Assembly: GCA_028713535.1 (NCBI GenBank)
Contig: JAQTOC010000003.1
Span: 7,556-71,555 of the forward strand
DNA: 64,000 nucleotides
Source of the DNA: Candidatus Nanoarchaeia archaeon
GTDB taxonomy: Archaea; Nanobdellota; Nanobdellia; SCGC-AAA011-G17; JACPNG01
Direction of reading: 5' to 3'
Under the pieces are notes generated by a model that saw nothing but the letters and a program-made list of their open reading frames with translations, did not search any database and had not been told where the DNA came from. The first letter of the stretch is position 1, and every line of letters starts with the position of its first letter. The position numbers were made by a program, and so were the translations under genes. Shown in pieces: positions 38,460 to 48,212 of this stretch.

Positions 38460-39001
38460 AAAGAATAATCTTGCTGTTTGTTTTTGTGGTATTAACCAGT
38501 ATGACTTTTGCTTCAGAGATTTATGTTTTGGATTTGGAATATGACCATGGGAGTATTAATGTTTTGGATAAGAACATTTATGATGGGTACCCTCCAGACT
38601 ATAAGATTTCAGAAGGTTCATACTCTCTAGATATATTTAACAATGATGACCAGAAAATAAAGACAATCAGCTTTAAACCGCCTTTGACCCTTTACTCCGA
38701 TGTTTCAAACAATGATTCAATAGATGGTTCTGTGGAAGAATTAACCTATGTCAAGTTCTCTCTTGCATTCCCTTATTCAGAAGAAATAAAAGAAGTCAAG
38801 ATAACAAATGATTCCAAAGAAATTGTTATAATTGATCTTTCAGATATTTCCCAGAAAAAATCAAATGTTTTAATCTGGATTTTGACGCTTTTGGTTATTC
38901 TTCTGATTTTCTTGTTAGTTATGTTTTTTATGAGAAAAAAAGATAAATTTATATTAAACAAACACCAAGAGATACAACAATGGAACCGGGAAAAATTTTA
39001 G
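38456..39001 (+). CDS. secreted protein with C-terminal TM anchor (181 aa)
   Basis: Sec signal 'LTSMTFA|SEIY'; C-terminal 'ILTLLVILLIFLLVMFFM'; start overlaps upstream stop (ATGA). Confidence 0.45.
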   Translation: MKRIILLFVFVVLTSMTFASEIYVLDLEYDHGSINVLDKNIYDGYPPDYKISEGSYSLDIFNNDDQKIKTISFKPPLTLYSDVSNNDSIDGSVEELTYVKFSLAFPYSEEIKEVKITNDSKEIVIIDLSDISQKKSNVLIWILTLLVILLIFLLVMFFMRKKDKFILNKHQEIQQWNREKF

Positions 39002-39183
39002 AAAAGGTTCTTTTGGGCCTGCCTTTGATTGTAGCAATCATTTATTTGGTTTATCTTTTAGTCCCAAAACCAATGCCTGAAGGGCTTCAGCCCGCACCAA
39101 TAAGCAAGACATTAATATTTTCTACAGGATCTTTTATCCTAGGTTATGGATTATTCTTGATGTTTATATATAAGAAAAAATAA
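38980..39183 (+). CDS. small 2-TM membrane protein
   Basis: Hydrophobic profile only. Confidence 0.35.
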   Translation: MEPGKILEKVLLGLPLIVAIIYLVYLLVPKPMPEGLQPAPISKTLIFSTGSFILGYGLFLMFIYKKK

Positions 39184-39187
39184 AAAA

Positions 39188-39598
39188 TTAACAGACCCAT
39201 TCACAGATTTTTACATTTCTAAATTTAGAAGCTTCGCAATTATTCTTCGATTTCATACTATTACAGGTTTTCCCAAATTGTTCTTCTTTATCTGGATCTC
39301 TGGTCCTACAATAACAACCGCTTCCTCCAGCGCCTCCCCCGGGACCCCCACCAACTCCAACAGAGGACATACTTTCAGAAGCAAAACTCCAAAAAGCATC
39401 CCACCAACCTCGACTATAAGCTTGTCCAACAACATTCCCCTCTTCGTCATAAACTGGTTCATAATTTGTTTGAGCTTCATGAATACCGATTGTAACTACA
39501 GCAACTATTGCAACCAAACCAACTACAAGAATATAAGGTAAATATCCTTTGCTTTCCCTCTTTTTTGTTTTTTTCAAAATAATCGCCTCCTTTATCAA
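39188..39598 (-). CDS. membrane-anchored Gly-rich protein (136 aa)
   Basis: N-terminal TM; 'GVGGGPGGGAGGSGCYCRTRD'; Cys-containing C-terminus. Confidence 0.45.
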   Translation of the reverse strand: MIKEAIILKKTKKRESKGYLPYILVVGLVAIVAVVTIGIHEAQTNYEPVYDEEGNVVGQAYSRGWWDAFWSFASESMSSVGVGGGPGGGAGGSGCYCRTRDPDKEEQFGKTCNSMKSKNNCEASKFRNVKICEWVC

Positions 39599-40590
39599 GT
39601 AAGGTATAAATAACTAAACTCATAGATTCTATTTAAAGTTTCCGAATTCATTAGAACAAAAGTTTCTATGACTGCACCAATCAAAAACAAAATAAAAGCA
39701 AAAACAAATACCCAGTAATAATCTGTGAATAGTTTGTAGCTTTTAGCATTCTCAAACAACCTACTTAGTAAATAAACCAGCAAAAAGGTTAAGCCTATTG
39801 AAAATATTTTTAATAATAAGAACTGGTCAAGGTAATACAAAACCATATAGGCTCCAACAAAGATTAATATTGAAATTCCAAGTATGCTGAAGAATTTCTT
39901 GACTTTTTTTGAGTTGGTGATTAACAATGAAATCTTTGCTCCCGAAACCGCAGCAAAGACATAAGCCAAGCCCTCAAAAAAGAAATGTGGAAGAGTAATC
40001 AAAAAGATTAACAACAAATAAAGCCATGCACTCTCCCCAGAGTATAATGCTGCAGTTAATGCCCTATACCCAAACAAAGTCCCCCATGCAGACGCATTCC
40101 AGATGATAAAAAATATTCCTCCTTCAACAAAAAACAAGCTTAAGACAAAGCAGGCTAATAAAACCCAGAAGTTATTCATGAATATGCTTCCCATCAAACT
40201 GAAATCAAACGCACTCCCTCTCAATGCAGGATCAACGAACAGTTGCTCTTTTAAAATGCTTGATGTATCGAATCCAATCTGCGGCAAAACAAACGAATAA
40301 ACTGTAAATACTAAAAATACTCCTAAGAAAATCACAAAATAACTCCAGATGATGTTTTTTGTTAAAAAATAAAACCTCAAGCAACAATTATTTCTGGTCT
40401 TATTTTCTTTTTCAAAAATCTTTTTCATAATCGGCAAGAACAACAATGAAATAAACACAATTGCAACCAGTCCAGAATTTGCTCCAAATAATAATCTTGA
40501 AAGTGCCAATCCAATTGCAGAATAAGCAACAGAGATTAAGAATAACCACCTCTTTTTTATTTCCCTAGCAAAAAGCCGTTCAAAAACCAT
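39595..40590 (-). CDS. polytopic membrane protein (331 aa)
   Basis: ~8 hydrophobic helices; overlaps downstream gene by 4 nt. Confidence 0.5.
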   Translation of the reverse strand: MVFERLFAREIKKRWLFLISVAYSAIGLALSRLLFGANSGLVAIVFISLLFLPIMKKIFEKENKTRNNCCLRFYFLTKNIIWSYFVIFLGVFLVFTVYSFVLPQIGFDTSSILKEQLFVDPALRGSAFDFSLMGSIFMNNFWVLLACFVLSLFFVEGGIFFIIWNASAWGTLFGYRALTAALYSGESAWLYLLLIFLITLPHFFFEGLAYVFAAVSGAKISLLITNSKKVKKFFSILGISILIFVGAYMVLYYLDQFLLLKIFSIGLTFLLVYLLSRLFENAKSYKLFTDYYWVFVFAFILFLIGAVIETFVLMNSETLNRIYEFSYLYLT

Positions 40591-40591
40591 A

Positions 40592-40930
40592 TTACTTCTT
40601 CTTTTTTCCTCTGGCCTTAGCTTTTCTTTTTACTGTTTTTTTGCTAGCATGTTTCTTATGTTTAGAACTCTTTTTTATTATATGTTCCTCATGGACAAAC
40701 ATTGCTGCAAGCAAGTAAGAAACAATCAAGATTGCTGGTGCTGCTCCCAAGACTGCGCCTATAACTTGTAAGAATCCTGGAGGTGCACATGCTCCCAAAA
40801 ATTCGCATTTGAATGACTTGCTGATTATGTCCCATTCTCCAAAGAAAGTTGCGATTAAACTGAATAATACAAATATGGAAAATAAAGCCATTTTTTGGCC
40901 GTTTGGTTTTAAAGCGTCTTTCCAACCCAT
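40592..40930 (-). CDS. membrane protein with Lys-rich C-tail (112 aa)
   Basis: 2 TM; C-terminal 'KKHASKKTVKRKAKARGKKKK'. Confidence 0.45.
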   Translation of the reverse strand: MGWKDALKPNGQKMALFSIFVLFSLIATFFGEWDIISKSFKCEFLGACAPPGFLQVIGAVLGAAPAILIVSYLLAAMFVHEEHIIKKSSKHKKHASKKTVKRKAKARGKKKK

Positions 40931-40966
40931 ATTTAAAAATATATTCTAGGCTTTATATAAATGTTT

Positions 40967-42145
40967 CTATTCCCACAGATAAACCTGGTCGTTTTCCCTT
41001 ACAACCTCAGAGCGCATTGTTATTATGTCTCCCTTTTTAGCCTCACTGATTGCCTGGTTGTTTTTCATAATCTCTTTTACTTTAATTTCCTTGACGCCTG
41101 TTTTGTTTCCAATAATTAATAAGGTATTTCCAACCTTTATTTTTTCAGCTTCAACCTTTAAAACAAGGACATTATTTTTTTTGTAATAGTTTATTATTTT
41201 TCCTATGTATATTTTTTTCTTTGTTGCCTGGCTTCCATAACTTCCTGCAAATCCTTCTCCCCCAGGAACCTTAAAATAAAATCCAGAATGGAAACCCCGG
41301 TTGTATACTCCCGAAACTTCTTTCATCAGCTCTTTTTTTAGTTTATCATCTAATTCATTAGAATAATATGCATCAATTGCTCTTCTGTAAGCAGAGGTAA
41401 CAACCTTTACATACTCCGGGCTTCTCCCTCTTCCTTCAATTTTAAATGCATCCAAGAACATTAATCTTTCAATAAATGGAATTGAGCACAAATCTTTTGG
41501 GCTTAATACATAATTATTTCCTAACTTTAATTCATACTCCCTGTCAACGTCTTTTATGATATATTCTCTCCTGCATGGTTGCAGGCATTCTCCTCTATTA
41601 GCACTCTTCCCAAATATTTCCTGGCTCATAAAGCATCTTCCTGAAAAAGCAACACACATCGCGCCATGGATAAAAACTTCCAGTTCAGCATTAGTTTTTT
41701 TCTTTAATTCTTTGAGTTGTTTTAAATCTAGTTCTCTTGCCAAGACAAATCTTTTGGCCCCAAGTTTCTGGTATTGTTTTATTGCTTCAGAGTTTGCAAC
41801 GCTTGCCTGCGTGCTTATGTGCGCTTCAATGCCGATTTCTTTTGCCAGTTTTAATGCAGCTAAATCCCACACAATTACCGCATCTATGTTATTTGAGTAG
41901 GCGCTTTCAATTATTTTTCTTGCCTTTTTTATCTCATTGTCATAGATTATTGTGTTGACCGTTAAATATTTTTTGATTTCTTCTTTGCCAATCTTTCTCA
42001 AGTCACCTAAGCTGAAATTTTTAGCCCCAAGGTTTCTCATGTTTAATCCTTTAATTCCAAAATAAACAGAATCTGCACCAGCTTGTTTTGCAGCTTCCAA
42101 CATTGCAAAGTTTCCTACTGGGCTTAACAACTCCGGTTTTTTCAT
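40967..42145 (-). CDS. peptidase U32 family protein
   Basis: 'MKKPELLSPVGNFAMLEAAKQAGADSVYFG' conserved U32 N-terminus; Cys cluster 'ECLQPCRRE'. Confidence 0.85.
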   Translation of the reverse strand: MKKPELLSPVGNFAMLEAAKQAGADSVYFGIKGLNMRNLGAKNFSLGDLRKIGKEEIKKYLTVNTIIYDNEIKKARKIIESAYSNNIDAVIVWDLAALKLAKEIGIEAHISTQASVANSEAIKQYQKLGAKRFVLARELDLKQLKELKKKTNAELEVFIHGAMCVAFSGRCFMSQEIFGKSANRGECLQPCRREYIIKDVDREYELKLGNNYVLSPKDLCSIPFIERLMFLDAFKIEGRGRSPEYVKVVTSAYRRAIDAYYSNELDDKLKKELMKEVSGVYNRGFHSGFYFKVPGGEGFAGSYGSQATKKKIYIGKIINYYKKNNVLVLKVEAEKIKVGNTLLIIGNKTGVKEIKVKEIMKNNQAISEAKKGDIITMRSEVVRENDQVYLWE

Positions 42146-42170
42146 AAGAATAAGTCAAAAACCTAATTAT

Positions 42171-43115
42171 TTAAATTTGTCTAAATATCAGTCCAGGCAG
42201 ATTATTTCCCAAGAATTTCTCAGCGCTCTTGCTTAACTTGCCAGAGCTCAAGAACAATACAGGCAGCTGTTTTTGCGTTGCCTCGTGGTGTGCCAACGTT
42301 AAGTCTCCCTCATTGATGCTGTTTTTTTTTCTGGCCTTGACATAGTATCTAAGCCCGCCGACATTTGATTTAAGGTTAACCACAAAGCCGTATTCAATGT
42401 TCTTTTTTATTGTTTCTTCCTTTAATATTTCAACGTCGTTCTCAGTGAAATATTTTAATAATAATTCCTTGAATGTTGACTCATCATCTCTTTTTTTCAG
42501 TGTTTTTTCTTTTGCAGGTCTTTTTATTTTTACCTTTGGTTTTTCCATGACTGGTTCCTCAGGTTTAATTTCTTCTTTTGTCTCAGGAATTACCTCTATA
42601 ACTTCTTCTTTTTTCTCTTCAATTATTTCTTCAGTCTTGTTTTCTTTGTTTACTTTCTTCATTAATTCAGGATCTGCCTTGAGAACCTCTTCAATTAGTG
42701 GCTTTACTTCATTCTCCTTTGTGAGATACCATTTCCAGAATATTTCAGAGTCAGACTCTATTGTAACTCTTAATGGGACTGCAAAATCTTTTATCTCCCT
42801 CAATGCAACTCTCTGCCATGGTTCGCATTCCTTGTCTCTAAGAACTCTTTTTTGTCTTAGTATGTCATAAATTTTTCCTGGTTTCTCTCCGAGATAGTCC
42901 CTTAATCTGTCTAATTTGTATTCCTGTCCTGGAGTATAATACAATGGGCTCCCTCCGATTTTTGCTTTAGTCAGAAAAACATCTTTCTTGTCAACTAACT
43001 CAGATAAGATCGCGCCTGAAAATAATATGTTTGTCTCAAGATGCTTGTTTATTTCAGAAGGAAGTACAGGGCCATGTGCTTTAACAAACGCCAAAGCTTT
43101 TTCTCTTAACTCCAT
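42171..43115 (-). CDS. hypothetical protein with N-terminal winged-helix and acidic central linker
   Basis: 314 aa, E/K-rich low-complexity middle. Confidence 0.5.
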   Translation of the reverse strand: MELREKALAFVKAHGPVLPSEINKHLETNILFSGAILSELVDKKDVFLTKAKIGGSPLYYTPGQEYKLDRLRDYLGEKPGKIYDILRQKRVLRDKECEPWQRVALREIKDFAVPLRVTIESDSEIFWKWYLTKENEVKPLIEEVLKADPELMKKVNKENKTEEIIEEKKEEVIEVIPETKEEIKPEEPVMEKPKVKIKRPAKEKTLKKRDDESTFKELLLKYFTENDVEILKEETIKKNIEYGFVVNLKSNVGGLRYYVKARKKNSINEGDLTLAHHEATQKQLPVLFLSSGKLSKSAEKFLGNNLPGLIFRQI

Positions 43116-43161
43116 GTTACTTAGACTTTATTTCAAATTTAAAAATATTTGTATAAACCAG

Positions 43162-43680
43162 TTAGGGTCTTACCCAGTTAACCTCGTAGTAAGTTACAGA
43201 ATCTTCTTCATCAACTATCCCAAGTAACAAAGCTTTTTTAGTTGAATGTGCAACCCTGTTTTTTGCAGAAAATTCATACCATGTTAATGTGTCAGCTTCT
43301 GCAATAGGATATACAATCCATTTTGCATGATCCTCTCCTGGACTAACTCCCTTGTCATATACTCTGAAGTCAGCTCCGAACTTTAATGCGGTTTTTACAA
43401 TATATCCTCTCTCTCTTAAATCCTTGAAGACACAGTATCTTATCCAGAAGTTAGGCTCTATTTTTTGTGCTTTTTTGATAAACTCATTTTCCTTAATTTC
43501 TTTGTCTTTGCTGTCAAGAACTTTCATTTTTTGTTGCTGAATTAAAAACAACGCTTCAGACAGACTGTAATGTACTTTTTTGTCTTTTAATTCTCCAAAT
43601 CTTGATTTTTCATACATTTGGTTTGCTAACTCGTTGTTATCTGCAAAAACCCTTTCTCTTGAAAATACAGCGTTGATCAT
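43162..43680 (-). CDS. endA: tRNA-splicing endonuclease (catalytic subunit)
   Basis: 'YCVFKDLRERGYIVKTALKFGADFRVYDKG...HAKWIVYPI' matches EndA catalytic domain (Y, H, K triad). Confidence 0.85.
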   Translation of the reverse strand: MINAVFSRERVFADNNELANQMYEKSRFGELKDKKVHYSLSEALFLIQQQKMKVLDSKDKEIKENEFIKKAQKIEPNFWIRYCVFKDLRERGYIVKTALKFGADFRVYDKGVSPGEDHAKWIVYPIAEADTLTWYEFSAKNRVAHSTKKALLLGIVDEEDSVTYYEVNWVRP

Positions 43681-43729
43681 AATGCTCTAAAAGCAAAACT
43701 ATTTAAAAACTTTCCTGTATCCTATATTT

Positions 43730-44617
43730 ATGAAAATAACTTTTTTAGGTACAGGTTCGATGGTGCCAACATTGGAAAGGAATCACAGTGCAATCCTGAT
43801 TAGTTATAACAATGAAAATCTTTTGTTTGATTGCGGTGAAGGAACCCAAAAACAGTTTAGAAAAGCGAAAATCTCTCCTGCAAAAATAACAAGGATATTA
43901 CTGACTCACTGGCACGGCGATCATGTGTTTGGCATCCCTGGTTTGCTAACAACAATGTCCTGGTCAAATTATGCAAGGCCATTCGAGATTTACGGGCCAA
44001 AAGGAACTAAAAAACATCTTGAGAATCTTATGAAAGGATTTATCCAGCAGATGGACTTAAAATCAAATATAAAAGAAATAACTTCTGGAAAAGTTCTTGA
44101 AACAAACGAGTTTTATGTTGAGGCATTTCCTTTGTCTCATGGATGCCCTTGCTTGGCTTATAACTTCATAGGAAAAGACAAAAGAAACATCGATATGGGT
44201 TACCTCAAAAAATTTGGCTTGAAAAATAATCCAATCCTGAGAAAGCTTTCACAGGGCAAGGATATTACTTATAACGGAAAAAAAATATCAGCAAAAAAAG
44301 CAACAAGAATAACCAAAGGCAAGAAAATCTCCATCATACTTGATACGAGTTTTAACAAGAACTTAGTTAAAATTGCAAAGAACGCAGATATTTTAATTTG
44401 TGAATCTACCCATTTGTCAGGAACAAAGGAAGCAGCCGGGTATAAGCATCTGACTTCAGAGCAGGCTGCTTTGATAGCTAAAAAATCAAAATCAAAAAAA
44501 TTAATATTGACTCATTTCAGTCAGAGATACAACGATGTAACTCCTTTGGAAAAAGAAGCCAAGAAAATATTCAAAAATACAATTTCAAGCAAGGATTTAA
44601 TGGAAGTTACTGTTTAA
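43730..44617 (+). CDS. rnz: ribonuclease Z (tRNA 3' endonuclease, metallo-beta-lactamase)
   Basis: 'HWHGDHVFG' (HxHxDH) and downstream His/Asp ligands; 295 aa. Confidence 0.9.
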   Translation: MKITFLGTGSMVPTLERNHSAILISYNNENLLFDCGEGTQKQFRKAKISPAKITRILLTHWHGDHVFGIPGLLTTMSWSNYARPFEIYGPKGTKKHLENLMKGFIQQMDLKSNIKEITSGKVLETNEFYVEAFPLSHGCPCLAYNFIGKDKRNIDMGYLKKFGLKNNPILRKLSQGKDITYNGKKISAKKATRITKGKKISIILDTSFNKNLVKIAKNADILICESTHLSGTKEAAGYKHLTSEQAALIAKKSKSKKLILTHFSQRYNDVTPLEKEAKKIFKNTISSKDLMEVTV

Positions 44618-45440
44618 ACTTATTCTTGTAAGCATTAAATAAAAACAAGTCAGCCCATATTAGCCTTACTAGTCTGAACAGGACATAAATTATAGTTCCC
44701 AAGCCGACAATCAACCACGTGAGTGTGTTAAACAAGACAAATGTATCAACTCCATAAGTCAATCCAAAGCTGAATAGCCAAAGAATCAGGTCTGTAACCG
44801 CCAATAATATTAACACCAAAATAGTATACCCTGGCTTTCTGATAAAGCATTTAATAGAAGAAATTAATGACTTAAACGTTGTTTTTTTGTCCAGGAATAA
44901 GTCTGCATACCTAAACAATAAAAATAATTTTATTATGATGACTGCTAAAATAATAAGGATAAGCATTATTGTAAACGCAGCATTAAATCCAAGCAGTTTA
45001 TTCATTAATGCCCATATGACTATTGCGAGGATAAACAAAACTGTTCCAATTATAAAAACATAAAGCCTCATAAGGACAACTCTCAAAAATCCTTTTTCTG
45101 ACTTGATCAATTTAAAAAATTCATATTTTTCTCCTCTCACAGTTTTTTTGATTAGATTAAACTTCAAGGCCATCAATCCAGAGCCAAGTATAAAGTTAGT
45201 TACAGCAAAGACAATCAAGAAAATAATTATTTTCAGGAGATTGTCTGCTATGAATTTAGTCCCATTTGATTCAAAGAAAGACTCAACATTAAAATTTGAA
45301 ATAGAGCCGAACTGCGAAAGTCCGGTTGTAAGCATGAAAAGCATCAGTAATCCATAGTTCACTATGACAATGATTAAGTCCGGAACAAATAATAAGAGAT
45401 TTAGCTGTTTCCAGGATTTAATATACGCCTCTTTAAGCAT
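44607..45440 (-). CDS. polytopic membrane protein (277 aa)
   Basis: ~7 TM helices. Confidence 0.5.
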   Translation of the reverse strand: MLKEAYIKSWKQLNLLLFVPDLIIVIVNYGLLMLFMLTTGLSQFGSISNFNVESFFESNGTKFIADNLLKIIIFLIVFAVTNFILGSGLMALKFNLIKKTVRGEKYEFFKLIKSEKGFLRVVLMRLYVFIIGTVLFILAIVIWALMNKLLGFNAAFTIMLILIILAVIIIKLFLLFRYADLFLDKKTTFKSLISSIKCFIRKPGYTILVLILLAVTDLILWLFSFGLTYGVDTFVLFNTLTWLIVGLGTIIYVLFRLVRLIWADLFLFNAYKNKFKQ

Positions 45441-45471
45441 AAACTAAGATAAAAACAAGAACTATATAAAA

Positions 45472-46383
45472 TTACTCTTTCTTCTTGACCTGGTCTTTAA
45501 GATTTAATTTATTCAATAATTCCTTATACCTGTTTCTTATCGTAACTTCTGTAACACCTGCTGTGTCTGCAACTTCTCTTTGTGTTTTTTTCTCATTGTT
45601 AATCAAAGCAGCAACATACAATGAAGCAGCAGCAATTCCAGTTGGGCCTCTTCCAGAAGTCAACTCAGAATTCTGAGCCATTTCTAAAATTTCAACAGCT
45701 TTGCTCTGAGTATCAGCGCTTAATTTCAAAGCAGATGCAAATCTTGGAATATAATCAACAGGATTACTTGGAAGTATTCTAATTCCTAACTCTCTTGTTA
45801 TGAACCTGTAAGTTCTTCCAACTTCTTTCTTGTCAATTCCAGATGCTTCAGAGATTTCATCAAGTGTTCTTGGAACTTCGTGTCTTCTGCATGCAGCATA
45901 CAATGCTCCAGCTACAACGCTTTCCATTGATCTTCCTCTAACAAGCCCCCTCTGAACAGCTAAAGTATAAATTCTTGAAGCTTCCTCTTCAACAGACTTA
46001 GGCAATTTCAAATATGAAGCAACTCTTCTTAATTCAGCCAAAGCCAATTTTAAGTTTCTTTCAATTGCTGTACTAACTCTGTACTGCCATTTTCTTAACC
46101 TGAAGTATTTATTCTTACCTTTTCCTTCTAGTTTGTAAATATCACCTTTCTGGCCAACGTCAGTGCCAATTCCCTTGTCAAACTTGGTATAAGTGATTGG
46201 AGCACCCGTTCTTCTCATCTTGTCAGCCTGGTCATGGTCAAATTCTCTCCATTCCTGGCTGAAATCAATCATTTTTTCTTCTATGACTAGGCCACAGTCC
46301 TTACATATAATCTCACCTTTTTCATGGTTCAGAATTAAGTTAATGCCACCGCATTCAGGGCATTTTTTTATATATTGTGCCAT
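45472..46383 (-). CDS. tfb: transcription initiation factor IIB (TFB)
   Basis: N-terminal Zn-ribbon 'CPECGG...CKDCG', B-reader, two cyclin-fold repeats, 303 aa. Confidence 0.93.
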   Translation of the reverse strand: MAQYIKKCPECGGINLILNHEKGEIICKDCGLVIEEKMIDFSQEWREFDHDQADKMRRTGAPITYTKFDKGIGTDVGQKGDIYKLEGKGKNKYFRLRKWQYRVSTAIERNLKLALAELRRVASYLKLPKSVEEEASRIYTLAVQRGLVRGRSMESVVAGALYAACRRHEVPRTLDEISEASGIDKKEVGRTYRFITRELGIRILPSNPVDYIPRFASALKLSADTQSKAVEILEMAQNSELTSGRGPTGIAAASLYVAALINNEKKTQREVADTAGVTEVTIRNRYKELLNKLNLKDQVKKKE

Positions 46384-46499
46384 GGTTTTTTAAACTCCCA
46401 ATAACCACTTATGAATAATATCAGCATAAGTTTTATATATACTACTAAGAGTTTATTTATAAAGCTTCCGGTTTTAAGTCCTTCTGAACCAAAACCAAA

Positions 46500-46540
46500 T
46501 TTGTCCTAAGATGCCAATAAACTGCCATCTTAGCCAGTTT
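46500..46540. terminator. candidate hairpin (8-bp inverted repeat CTAAGATG...CATCTTAG) between rps8e end and tfb start
   Basis: gtcctaagatgccaataaactgccatcttagcc read directly; T-run on the minus strand downstream. Confidence 0.3.
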
Positions 46541-46575
46541 AGCGTTAAATTTTAGTAAATTCTTAGAAAGTAAAA

Positions 46576-46953
46576 TTACTGCAATATAGCCTGTATTCCA
46601 GCATCCTGTCCAGGCCTGTTGGTTACCCTTGCTTTTCCTTTGTCAGTCTCAAGTATTGTTCCTTTTGTTATAATATTTCTTCTTACGTAGTTTCTGTTTG
46701 CAGGGTTGTCAACTACGCTTAGTATCTTTGCTTTTACATATTTTTTAGTTTTAGGATCATAAACGTTTGCAGCTTCTTCAAATAATGTTTTGAATTTGCA
46801 GTTACCGCCAATTGTTCTTACTTTTTTTATTTTTCTTTCTGCAATCTTAGTTAAAACTGGTCTGCTTCCTAACTCGCCTAGTTTCTTCTTTCTCCAAGGC
46901 CTGTATCTCCCGCCAGTTACCTTTCTCTTTGATCTTTTCTGAGAAATTGCCAT
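46576..46953 (-). CDS. rps8e: 30S ribosomal protein S8e
   Basis: 'MAISQKRSKRKVTGGRYRPWRKKK' matches eS8 N-terminus. Confidence 0.88.
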   Translation of the reverse strand: MAISQKRSKRKVTGGRYRPWRKKKLGELGSRPVLTKIAERKIKKVRTIGGNCKFKTLFEEAANVYDPKTKKYVKAKILSVVDNPANRNYVRRNIITKGTILETDKGKARVTNRPGQDAGIQAILQ

Positions 46954-47043
46954 GCAACTTTTAAAAAATAAGCCATTTATAAAACTTACTATTGACAGTT
47001 ATTAGAAACCTTTAAATACTATCCATTTAACTTAAACCTTAAA

Positions 47044-47274
47044 ATGGAAACCGAGAATAGACCTTTAGATGCACTTAACCAGTCTCGTGGTAAGAGAGTT
47101 ATGGTTGAGTTGAAGAATCAAAAACAGCTTATTGGCAAATTAAGGGCATTTGATATTCATATTAACACCGTATTGGAAGACACAGAAGAGCTTGAGAACG
47201 GACTGACAAAAAGAAAACTCGGTTTGGTCTTTGTAAGAGGGGACACAATAGTTTTAATTTCCCCGGCACACTAA
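47044..47274 (+). CDS. Sm-like archaeal protein (SmAP/LSm)
   Basis: Sm1/Sm2 motifs '[28 protein letters not shown]...[15 protein letters not shown]'. Confidence 0.88.
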   Translation: METENRPLDALNQSRGKRVMVELKNQKQLIGKLRAFDIHINTVLEDTEELENGLTKRKLGLVFVRGDTIVLISPAH

Positions 47275-47275
47275 A

Positions 47276-47440
47276 ATGGTTAAGGGAACTCATTCTATGG
47301 GATTGAAGTCTGGTAAAAAGAATTTTATCAGATGCAGGCGTTGCGGCAAAAAAACCTATCATATCAAGCATAAAAAATGTGCTAGCTGCGGTTTTGGAAA
47401 GTCTTCTAAGTTGAGAAAGTATTCCTGGCAGAAAAAGTAA
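47276..47440 (+). CDS. rpl37e: 50S ribosomal protein L37e
   Basis: Hand-translated 54 aa '[54 protein letters not shown]' with C4 zinc ribbon; Sm-L37e operon; not in ORF track (<60 aa). Confidence 0.85.
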   Translation: MVKGTHSMGLKSGKKNFIRCRRCGKKTYHIKHKKCASCGFGKSSKLRKYSWQKK

Positions 47441-47500
47441 TTTATTACCACTATCCAATTGTTACAATTAGAAAGATTTATATAATTTATCTATTTTGCT

Positions 47501-48112
47501 TTGGGCATGGTTAGCGCACTGGAAACCCTTGCAAAAGAAGAATTCAATAGGAATATTCTTGACGAAAACAGAACATTTAATGGATTTAGGTATTCTAGAT
47601 TAGCAAGAGAATTTTTAGGAGACAACCCTTCAGCTAGCGTTAGTGATGTTCACAATCATATTTTAAATGAGTTTAATAATAACAATGAAGACTATAAGTT
47701 GCATTTTTATAATCCTACTTTGGTTTACAGGCACGCAAAAGAATTTATTTCTTCGATAGTTCATCCAACAAGCCTAATCCATAGAATTAGAGATTATTTT
47801 GGAATGAAAACTCCATTCATAAAAGCTAAGGCTCTAAAGGAAGGATTGACTTCATTTTCCGGACCAAATAATCAACAAAGATCCCTTCTGGATAATGAAG
47901 ACAAGGATAACTTTAAGTATCCAGCAAGGATTATGAATAAAGTAATTGCTTATAAGAATTTAATTAGCTACTTGGTTTCAGGCGAGGGTCTTGGAAGCAC
48001 ATCATACCATTCTTATAGCCAGAAAATCGATAAACAGGTAAATAGAGGTTATTCTAAATTTAAAAGAATATTTTCAAGACCTGTTAAGAAAATAACCCAA
48101 CCAGTTAACTAA
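47501..48112 (+). CDS. hypothetical protein (203 aa)
   Basis: Intact ORF; no motif recognised. Confidence 0.4.
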   Translation: MGMVSALETLAKEEFNRNILDENRTFNGFRYSRLAREFLGDNPSASVSDVHNHILNEFNNNNEDYKLHFYNPTLVYRHAKEFISSIVHPTSLIHRIRDYFGMKTPFIKAKALKEGLTSFSGPNNQQRSLLDNEDKDNFKYPARIMNKVIAYKNLISYLVSGEGLGSTSYHSYSQKIDKQVNRGYSKFKRIFSRPVKKITQPVN

Positions 48113-48212
48113 CTATTCTGTTATAACTTAATTTTTTGCATAGAATGTCATAAAAAAATTTATATATACCTATATTTATAACAATCATAGAAAAACTGAA
48201 AAGAGGATATGC

